A stretch of DNA of 32,000 nt from Psychrobacter sp. DM4 (GTDB lineage: Bacteria > Pseudomonadota > Gammaproteobacteria > Pseudomonadales > Moraxellaceae), in NCBI RefSeq assembly GCF_051307035.1, contig NZ_CP195536.1:390001-422000 (forward strand). The letters run 5' to 3'. Below, one piece after another: positions 25,171 through 32,000 of the stretch. Made by a program: the position numbers and the translations under genes. The notes under the pieces are model-generated. The model did no database searches. It worked only from the letters and a program-made list of their open reading frames with translations, and was not told where the DNA came from. Position 1 is the stretch's first letter; each line of letters begins with the position of its first letter.

Positions 25171-25199
25171 AGTATATACAATAGAATGGCATCGCACAA
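25171..25199 (-). promoter_or_regulatory. Candidate sigma70 promoter for the ribonuclease-barstar pair
   Basis: On the minus strand, TTGTGC (25199-25194) is followed by a 17-nt spacer and TATACT (25176-25171), about 28 nt upstream of the ATG. AGGA lies in the leader. Confidence 0.4.
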
Positions 25200-25226
25200 A
25201 AACGCCAGCGACTAGGCTGGCGTTTT
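25198..25226 (-). terminator. Intrinsic terminator of proA
   Basis: The stem cgccagc (25203-25209) / gctggcg (25216-25222) has loop gactag. A/T-runs flank it, and the minus strand reads tttttg after the stem. Confidence 0.75.
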
Positions 25227-25254
25227 GCATGTACATCGAATGACGAGGAATAAG

Positions 25255-26556
25255 TTACGCGCGGGTTTCGCCATGACCGTAGACAATCCATTTTTGTGAG
25301 GTCAGACCCTCGAGTCCAACAGGACCACGAGCATGAATCTTGTCCGTTGAGATACCAATCTCAGCCCCAAGTCCGTATTCAAAGCCATCAGCGAAGCGGC
25401 TAGAGGCATTAATCATGACACTGGCTGAGTCGACTTCACGGATGAAACGCTGCGACTTGGTATAGTTGTCAGTGATGATGACATCAGTGTGCTGACTACC
25501 GTGAGTATTGATATGTTCGATCGCCTCATCGATACCGTTCACGACTTTAATTGCTAAGATAGGCGCAAGGTATTCGGTGTCCCAGTCCTCGTCAGTCGCC
25601 GCAGAGAGATGACCATCAAGCTTCGAATTGGCGTTCAATATAGCTTGTGATTTATCGTCGAGACGTAGTTGCATGGCATCATCGGCTTGTACGATAGCTT
25701 CAGCTATTTGTGGCAGCAAATCATCAGCAACAGCCTCATCGACCAATAGCGTCTCCATCGTGTTGCACGTGCCATAGCGATGGGTTTTGGCATTGACACT
25801 AACGTCAATCGCAATCTTGGGATCAGCGTCACTATCGATAAAGGTATGACAGTTGCCATCCAGATGCTTGATAACGGGTACTTTTGCGTCCGCACTGATA
25901 CGCTCGATCAGACCTTTACCGCCGCGCGGTACGATAACATCGACATAGTCTGTCATAGTAATCAGCTCACCGACAGCAGCGCGATCAGTTGTTTGTAGCA
26001 CTTGTACGCTGTGCTCAGACAAGTCTGCATTGCTCAGACCTTGATGAATGCATTTGGCTATGGCTTGATTGGACTCAAAAGCTTCAGAGCCGCCGCGCAA
26101 GATAATAGCGTTGCCTGATTTGAGCGCTAATGATGCTGCCTCTAACGTGACATTAGGACGTGACTCATAGATCATACCGACGACACCGAGTGGTACGCGC
26201 ATTTTACCCAAATGGATACCCGATGGACGATAAGTCATGTCGGTGACTTCGCCAATAGGGTCAGGTAGGGCAGCGACGTCTTTTAGACCTTGTAGCATAC
26301 CATCAAAACGCGCGTCATTTAACTCTAAGCGATCAAGCAAAGCGGCATCCAAATCGTTCTTTTGACCTTTATCCATATCGATTTTATTAGCAGACAAGAT
26401 GTCTGTTTTGGCATCGACGAGGACGTCATGAATAGCGATGAGTGCAGCGTTTTTATTGCCGGTATTGGCAGCAGCGAGTGCGCGAGATGCGCCGCGAGCT
26501 TGCTGACCGACAGTTTGCATATAAGTATGAATGTCTGTAGTCGTTGATTGAGTCAT
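25255..26556 (-). CDS. proA: Gamma-glutamyl phosphate reductase ProA
   Basis: The 433 aa ORF is a ProA-type aldehyde dehydrogenase fold: [22 protein letters not shown], and the catalytic Cys region [12 protein letters not shown]. Confidence 0.93.
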   Translation of the reverse strand: MTQSTTTDIHTYMQTVGQQARGASRALAAANTGNKNAALIAIHDVLVDAKTDILSANKIDMDKGQKNDLDAALLDRLELNDARFDGMLQGLKDVAALPDPIGEVTDMTYRPSGIHLGKMRVPLGVVGMIYESRPNVTLEAASLALKSGNAIILRGGSEAFESNQAIAKCIHQGLSNADLSEHSVQVLQTTDRAAVGELITMTDYVDVIVPRGGKGLIERISADAKVPVIKHLDGNCHTFIDSDADPKIAIDVSVNAKTHRYGTCNTMETLLVDEAVADDLLPQIAEAIVQADDAMQLRLDDKSQAILNANSKLDGHLSAATDEDWDTEYLAPILAIKVVNGIDEAIEHINTHGSQHTDVIITDNYTKSQRFIREVDSASVMINASSRFADGFEYGLGAEIGISTDKIHARGPVGLEGLTSQKWIVYGHGETRA

Positions 26557-26983
26557 AAATGAGTATCCTTATGTGATGAGTATAAATAGCAGTAGGCAGC
26601 TAATATTAGTGATAAAAAAGGACGAATAGAGAGATATTATATTGAGCGTCAGACACGCCTAAAAGCAGAATTACCTGCTTTATTCTACTAAAAGTCCCTT
26701 TTCTTCTTGGTATGGTTATAATTAGCGGTTTTATGAGTGCTCTAGCATTATACTGTTTAACATAGAGCAGATTGAGTCGTTAGTAAAGATGAATTTGTGA
26801 ACAGCATCCGTTTGCAATCAGCCAATATCGACTATTGGCGCTTGATACTCTCGTATACAAAGTGGCTATAGTTACGCAGTTTTAACAGAAGTCGGCATTA
26901 AATACTAAGGTCACGCGCTACTAATAACACTACACTATCTATCAAGAGGTGATTTTCGTTTCCACTATATAAAAGGAGCATGT

Positions 26984-27274
26984 ATGACTGCTACAGAGAA
27001 AAAAGCAAAACCTATCATATCCAAAAAATGGTTGTACGGCTCCCTAGTCGCATTGGCGCTAATTTGGGGTGTCTATACCAATAGTGAAGCTGCTAATACG
27101 AACTCAGCACTTGGTTCAGTAGAACAAGTGGAGATTGAAAATGACAATGATGATATAGATATCGTTACTGACATAGAAAATGATGCCTACAATAGCGATG
27201 ATGATACTGATGACGGTAATGATGAAGACTGGGGTTATGATTCCTTAGAAGATGATATGGACGATGAAGAGTAA
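26984..27274 (+). CDS. Small exported/anchored protein with extremely acidic Asp/Glu-rich C-terminus (hypothetical)
   Basis: AGGAG lies 7 nt upstream of the ATG. The ORF has an N-terminal basic stretch, a hydrophobic segment (WLYGSLVALALIWGVY), then DNDDIDIVTDIENDAYNSDDDTDDGNDEDWGYDSLEDDMDDEE. Confidence 0.5.
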   Translation: MTATEKKAKPIISKKWLYGSLVALALIWGVYTNSEAANTNSALGSVEQVEIENDNDDIDIVTDIENDAYNSDDDTDDGNDEDWGYDSLEDDMDDEE

Positions 27275-27299
27275 ATACTATTACTTTCAATAAACAATA

Positions 27300-27626
27300 A
27301 TGAGTGATGACCTTATGCAGAAATCTATCTATAAAAACTTACTACTAGTGACCTTAGCCACTTCGGTATTGGCCTTGAGTGCTTGTGAAGACAAGGGTGC
27401 TAAAACCAGCGAAGAGGATCCAACCTATGATTCACAAACCCAGATTGAACAAGCTGCTACTGGCGTGGACAATGACATGCCAGCGAACGATGTCGCTATT
27501 GCCAGCGCCAATGATGGTGTCGCAATGGATAACGAAACCATAAATGACGATGTCGCTATCGCTACAGCGGATGACTCAGAGGTTCTCGATGGTAGCGAGT
27601 CATCAGAGCACGTCTCAACCTATTAA
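27300..27626 (+). CDS. Small acidic lipoprotein with internal NDVAIA-type repeats (hypothetical)
   Basis: A lipobox is present (VLALSAC). The repeated segments are NDVAIASANDG and DDVAIATADD. An alternative start is the ATG at 27315. Confidence 0.5.
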   Translation: MSDDLMQKSIYKNLLLVTLATSVLALSACEDKGAKTSEEDPTYDSQTQIEQAATGVDNDMPANDVAIASANDGVAMDNETINDDVAIATADDSEVLDGSESSEHVSTY

Positions 27627-27860
27627 ATCAATAGATAAAAAGACGGTAAGTAGACTAAGATGCTAAAATACAGCTCAAATATGCGATGGCAGGTTTGGGC
27701 TTTTTTATACCTTGAATAAAATAGTCAAGAGTACGTTTGCCTTTTGCTTCTATTTTAAGCGACAATATGCTGCGTTTTAGAGCAGCTGACTTGGTAATGA
27801 CCACTGAGTGATCGCTCCTAAACATTCGCCTTTTTATCCTTACTGGAAACCCGCTAAATC

Positions 27861-28655
27861 ATGCTTGATACTGCAAAAAACACGACTCGTCCTATCGCTC
27901 TAGATTTAGAAGATATTCACAAGAGCTATGGCTCACTAGAGGTGCTCAAAGGCGTATCTTTGACTGCCTATGACGGTGATGTGATCTCTATATTAGGATC
28001 GTCAGGTTCTGGCAAGTCGACCTTGCTTCGCTGCATCAATATGTTAGAGAAGCCCAATAAAGGTCGCATTACTATCGGCAACGACGAGTTGATGCTAAAA
28101 CCCAGTAAGTCAGGTGAGTTGCAAGCGACCAATGTCAAAGAGCTAGAGCGTCTGCGCGCGCGCGTAGGGTTTGTGTTCCAAAACTTTAATCTATGGCCAC
28201 ATAAAACGATTTTGCAAAATATCATTGAGGGACCGACGCAGGTCCTAAAAATCAAAAAAGCCCAAGCGATTAGCGATGCAGAAAAACTACTGGACAAAGT
28301 AGGTCTGCTGGATAAAAAAGACGCTTATCCCGCCAACTTATCGGGTGGTCAGCGTCAGCGCGTCGCTATCGCACGAGCTTTGGCAATGCAGCCACAAGTC
28401 CTGCTCTTTGATGAGCCGACCTCAGCACTTGATCCTGAACTGGTCAATGAGGTGCTCGTTGTCATGCGAGAGCTGGCAGAGGAGGGGCGAACTATGCTTA
28501 TCGTCACCCATGAGATGCGCTTTGCTCGTGAAGTCTCAAGCCAGGTGGTGTTTTTGCATCAAGGCATTATAGAGGAGATGGGCACGCCTGAGCAGATATT
28601 TGATCATCCTAAATCTGAGCGCGTCAAAGATTTTATGGCCTCACATCGTCAGTAG
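27861..28655 (+). CDS. Polar (basic) amino acid ABC transporter ATP-binding protein, HisP/ArtP/AotP-like
   Basis: Walker A is GSSGSGKST, the signature is [15 protein letters not shown], and Walker B is [11 protein letters not shown]. The H-loop VTHEM and overall length are typical of HisP-type ATPases. Confidence 0.9.
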   Translation: MLDTAKNTTRPIALDLEDIHKSYGSLEVLKGVSLTAYDGDVISILGSSGSGKSTLLRCINMLEKPNKGRITIGNDELMLKPSKSGELQATNVKELERLRARVGFVFQNFNLWPHKTILQNIIEGPTQVLKIKKAQAISDAEKLLDKVGLLDKKDAYPANLSGGQRQRVAIARALAMQPQVLLFDEPTSALDPELVNEVLVVMRELAEEGRTMLIVTHEMRFAREVSSQVVFLHQGIIEEMGTPEQIFDHPKSERVKDFMASHRQ

Positions 28656-28932
28656 TTGGCATTACCAGAAAATTTGCACTTTAAGTTTATACCGTTGATG
28701 AGTCACTACTTAATGGCCATATCCTACCTAAATTAATTATTACTCGATAATGTCAGCTCAGTTGCAAAATGTTTGTTTTTGGTATTTGAGTCAGGTATCA
28801 TCGAAGTGCTTATACCGCTTACGGTAGCTCTCCTTCATTTATGCTAATAAATATATTAGTCCGGCATGGATGTCGGACGATGACTCTCGTCACTCGTATT
28901 AGAATCCCCTATTCAAAACTAAGGAATGTAAG

Positions 28933-29724
28933 ATGTCGAATTCTCGTCTATTATGGTCATCGATGACCGTTGCTACTGCTATGCTGCTTGGTGCTTGTAG
29001 CCCAGCTGCTGATGAGGCCGCTGATACCAATGTAGAGGCAGCTGACACTGCAACTAAGACCATACGTATCGCTACCGAAGGCGCTTACCCTCCTTTTAAT
29101 ATGACCAATGCTGACGGTAGTCTGTCAGGTTTTGATGTCGATGTTGCCAACGCATTGTGCGCGCAAATGCAAGCGAACTGCGAAGTAGTCGCTCAAGATT
29201 GGGACGGTATCATTCCAGGTCTACTGGCACAAAAGTACGATGCAGTCGTCGCTGGTATGTCAATCACCCCTGAGCGTCAAGAAAAAGTCGATTTTACCGA
29301 ACCTTACTTTGCTAATACTATGGTCTGGCTGACAGACACGAGTAGCGGTTTTGATCCTATGGCGATAAAAGATTTGACCTTGGGCGGTCAGCGTTCAACG
29401 ACGCCTGGCGCCTACTTGCAGGACAACTATGAAGGCAAAGATGGCAATACCGTTCAGTTGTATGACAATTACGATAATGCCTATTTAGATCTAAAATCTG
29501 GTCGTAGCAATGCAGTACTGGCCGAAAAAGTCTCTGCCAAATCATGGTTAGCTGACAATACCGAAGGCTTTGGTATTGTAGGCGATGAGATCGATAACAA
29601 TGACAATATCGCTATCGCGGTTCGTAAAGATGATCCGTTAAGAGACGAGTTTAATAAGGCCCTTAGTGAAATCCGTAGTAATGGTGAGCTGGCACGTCTT
29701 GAGCAAGAGAATTTTGGCCAGTAG
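28933..29724 (+). CDS. Basic amino acid (Lys/Arg/Orn/His-type) ABC substrate-binding lipoprotein, paralog 1
   Basis: A lipobox is present (LLGAC). Family-3 SBP motifs include IRIATEGAYPPFN, GFDVDVANALCAQMQANC (Cys pair as in HisJ/ArgT/AotJ) and QDWDGIIPGLLAQKYDAVVAGMSITPER. Confidence 0.85.
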   Translation: MSNSRLLWSSMTVATAMLLGACSPAADEAADTNVEAADTATKTIRIATEGAYPPFNMTNADGSLSGFDVDVANALCAQMQANCEVVAQDWDGIIPGLLAQKYDAVVAGMSITPERQEKVDFTEPYFANTMVWLTDTSSGFDPMAIKDLTLGGQRSTTPGAYLQDNYEGKDGNTVQLYDNYDNAYLDLKSGRSNAVLAEKVSAKSWLADNTEGFGIVGDEIDNNDNIAIAVRKDDPLRDEFNKALSEIRSNGELARLEQENFGQ

Positions 29725-29823
29725 CTTAGACCATAACGCTTGTCGACACGGATTAAGCGGTAAGTGCAAGCTCACTGCTATCGCCCAAACCTACTATTTG
29801 ACTAAATATACCAAGGACTTATT

Positions 29824-30765
29824 ATGATGAAAAAATCAACCACACTGACTACCAAAGCTAAGTGGCTTGCACCTGTCAGTATCGCGATGCTTATGCTCGC
29901 AGGCTGTAGCAACAATAATACGACTACCGATGAGACTGTAGTAGTCAATACAGCAACTGACGATGCACCAATGAGTATCAAAATTGCGACTGAATCAAGC
30001 TATAAGCCGTTTAGCTATACGGATGCTGATGGTAAATTGATCGGCTATGAGATCGAACTGATAGATGCTCTATGCGCGCAAATGAAAGCGGACTGTGACG
30101 TGATCTCACAAGACTGGGATGGCCTAATTCCTGGTCTCAATGCACAAAAATTCGATGCCATTATTGCTGGTATGTCGATTACCCCTGAGCGTCAAGAAGT
30201 CATTCAATTCTCTGATCCTTACTTTTATAGCAGCATTGTCTTAATCGGTAAAAAGGGCGATGACATTACTATTGACGCGCTTAGCGGTCAACCTATTGGC
30301 TCTCAGCGTGCGACGGTATCATCACAGTACTTGCAAGACGAGCACGCCGATGCTGATATCAAGCTTTATGATACGCAAGACAACGCCTATTTAGATCTAA
30401 CCTCAGGTCGCACGCGCGCAATGATGTCAGACAAGGTCACCGGTCTTGATTGGTTAAAGACTGAAGCAGGTCAGAACTACGAAATCAAAGGTGCTGAGAT
30501 TAGCACTGATGAAGACGCCATGGGTATTGGTTTTCGTAAAGACGATGCCTTGGTTGCTAAATTCAACAAAGCACTTAGTGAGCTTAAAGCCAATGGCACT
30601 TACGAGCAAATCACAGGAAGCTATTTTGGTACTAGCTCAACTGCCGTAGCTCAGCAAGCGACTGCTAATAACAGTGTAGAAAAAGTGGTCGTCATTGATG
30701 ATGGCAGCGTAGATGGTAATGCACTAATCGCTGAAGAAGAGCAAGCAGAAGCGATGGCTAACTAA
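29824..30765 (+). CDS. Basic amino acid ABC substrate-binding lipoprotein, paralog 2 (with about 45 aa C-terminal extension)
   Basis: A lipobox is present (MLAGC). It has the same motif set (IKIATESSYKPFS, LCAQMKADC, QDWDGLIPGLNAQKFDAIIAGMSITPER). An extra tail, STAVAQQATANNSVEKVVVIDDGSVDGNALIAEEEQAEAMAN, is absent from paralogs 1 and 3. Confidence 0.85.
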   Translation: MMKKSTTLTTKAKWLAPVSIAMLMLAGCSNNNTTTDETVVVNTATDDAPMSIKIATESSYKPFSYTDADGKLIGYEIELIDALCAQMKADCDVISQDWDGLIPGLNAQKFDAIIAGMSITPERQEVIQFSDPYFYSSIVLIGKKGDDITIDALSGQPIGSQRATVSSQYLQDEHADADIKLYDTQDNAYLDLTSGRTRAMMSDKVTGLDWLKTEAGQNYEIKGAEISTDEDAMGIGFRKDDALVAKFNKALSELKANGTYEQITGSYFGTSSTAVAQQATANNSVEKVVVIDDGSVDGNALIAEEEQAEAMAN

Positions 30766-30786
30766 ATTTTGGATTGAATATCAAGG

Positions 30787-31593
30787 ATGATCATGACAAA
30801 GACTTTTGCATCACTGATAGCGATGACAGCTTTGGCTTTGGTAGGTTGTAGTAACAGTCAAGACAACGCAGGTACCAATACTGAATCAATAGACACCGCT
30901 GCCAACAAGGACGATGTCTTACGCGTGGCAACAGAAGGTGCTTATGCGCCTTTTAACTATACCAATGCTGATGGCTCTTTGGGCGGCTTTGATGTCGATA
31001 TGGCAAACGCTATTTGTGAGGAGATGAAAGTTACTTGTGAGATTGTGGCACAAGATTGGGACGGGATTATTCCAGGTCTCAAGGCGGGCAAATATGACGC
31101 TATTGTCGCCGCAATGTCAGTGACACCAGAGCGCGCACAACAAGTGAGCTTCACCGATCCCTATTTTAGCAATACTCTAGTGTTTTTGGCCAAAAAAGAC
31201 AGCAGCTTCGATCCTAGCAATCCTGATGATATCAATACTAATGCTATTGCCGCTCAGCGCTCAACGATCTCATCACAGTGGTTAGAGGGTGAGTATCCTC
31301 AAGCTAATATACGGTTGTATGACACGCTGAGTAACGCATTTTTGGATTTAGGGTCAGGACGTGTCGATGCGATGGTCTCTGACAAACTGCCTGCTATCGA
31401 ATGGCTAAGCTCAGAATCTGGTAGCAGTTATGTGCTAAAAGGCGATGAGATCGACATCAAAGATAACTTTGCGATAGCGGTGCGCCCAGGGGATGAGCTA
31501 GAAGGTAAGATTAATCAGGCGTTAGCAAACATAAAAGCAGACGGTACTTATGATGCGCTAAACGATAAATATTTTTCAGTAGGTATGCAGTAG
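30787..31593 (+). CDS. Basic amino acid ABC substrate-binding lipoprotein, paralog 3
   Basis: A lipobox is present (LVGC). Motifs include LRVATEGAYAPFN, ICEEMKVTC and QDWDGIIPGLKAGKYDAIVAAMSVTPER. Confidence 0.85.
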   Translation: MIMTKTFASLIAMTALALVGCSNSQDNAGTNTESIDTAANKDDVLRVATEGAYAPFNYTNADGSLGGFDVDMANAICEEMKVTCEIVAQDWDGIIPGLKAGKYDAIVAAMSVTPERAQQVSFTDPYFSNTLVFLAKKDSSFDPSNPDDINTNAIAAQRSTISSQWLEGEYPQANIRLYDTLSNAFLDLGSGRVDAMVSDKLPAIEWLSSESGSSYVLKGDEIDIKDNFAIAVRPGDELEGKINQALANIKADGTYDALNDKYFSVGMQ

Positions 31594-31640
31594 CTTACTA
31601 TAAAAAGTAGTTACTAATTTACAGCTTGCTGAGCGACCAT

Positions 31641-31676
31641 AAAAAAGACATTGCCATTTTGGTGATGTCTTTTTTG
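31641..31676 (+). terminator. Intrinsic terminator/attenuator between the binding-protein genes and the permease gene
   Basis: aaaaaagacattgcc atttt ggtgatgtctttttt forms about 15 bp including two G-U pairs. A T-run follows. Confidence 0.65.
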
Positions 31677-31892
31677 TATGGAGACGATAACATAGCGTCA
31701 CTGGTATATGATAAAATCAGCGCTCAGTTTATTATGCAAGTCGTTAGGGTTTAAGCGCGCTTTTATTAAGCGGTCATTTAGCGTGTTATAAACGCGTTTC
31801 TAGGGACTGTATTAAGATTAAGCAAAATCAAGATGAAGCGAATATTTCCTTTAATATCTTATTGATAACATAACGAGAATAAGTGAATAATT

Positions 31893-32000
31893 GTGTTTGA
31901 CTTACAAGGATTTGGCGCGCTACTACTGAGCGGTGCCACCGTTACTATCAAGCTTGCGGTAACCAGCCTTATTATCGGTATGGTTCTAGGATTGATGGGT
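31893..32000 (+). CDS. ABC transporter permease, HisQ/ArtQ-like, first 36 codons (continues beyond window end)
   Basis: A GTG start at 31893 gives VFDLQGFGALLLSGATVTIKLAVTSLIIGMVLGLMG. This resembles the N-termini of HisQ-type permeases (GALVTLELAISSVVLAVIIGLIG in E. coli HisQ). The competing TTG frame at 31891 hits a stop quickly. Confidence 0.6.
   Translation, partial: MFDLQGFGALLLSGATVTIKLAVTSLIIGMVLGLMG

Noticed and set aside
1-32000. A window-wide look for CRISPR arrays, IS/transposase or integrase genes, prophage genes, restriction-modification systems or other known defence systems, and rRNA/tRNA genes.
   Set aside because: None were found. There are no regularly spaced direct repeats, no transposase- or integrase-like ORFs and no terminal inverted repeats bracketing genes. 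All long ORFs have ordinary housekeeping or envelope assignments, and the only toxin/antitoxin-like pair is the RNase-barstar locus reported above.

Overview
This is a chromosomal, mostly housekeeping segment of a gammaproteobacterium. The protein sequences and a roughly mid-40s %GC look Moraxellaceae/Psychrobacter-like, but that assignment is inference only. I can support 27 CDSs: purE (partial), a metallophosphoesterase, a rhomboid protease, a paralogous pair of single-pass membrane proteins (only the second has an OmpA-type peptidoglycan-binding domain), nagZ, prc, slyD, an M61 peptidase with PDZ domain, a DUF305 lipoprotein, rluE, monomeric icd, a DUF482/FemAB-like protein, ubiC, a secreted SH3b-like protein, glyA, an alanine/glycine:cation symporter, a ribonuclease-barstar pair, proA, two tiny acidic exported proteins, and a polar-amino-acid ABC transporter (ATPase, three tandem lipoprotein binding proteins, start of the permease). 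I found no rRNA/tRNA, CRISPR array, IS element, integrase, prophage or recognisable defence island, so most of the window is ordinary core genome. Two things stand out. (1) The prc-slyD spacer has an exact TGTAAG-N6-CTTACA (GacA/UvrY-type) box overlapping the prc stop codon. It is followed by a -10-like hexamer, about 180 nt carrying five GGA motifs (several in predicted hairpin loops) and an intrinsic terminator, which is the architecture of a CsrA/RsmA-sequestering small RNA. (2) A barnase/RNase Sa-type ribonuclease with all catalytic residues is fused to an N-terminal cold-shock domain and a transmembrane helix, and is translationally coupled to a barstar inhibitor gene. The other observations (repeat motifs in long spacers, triplicated binding proteins, acidic mini-proteins) are lower interest. 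All claims come from reading the sequence and ORF translations; no database search or folding program was run.
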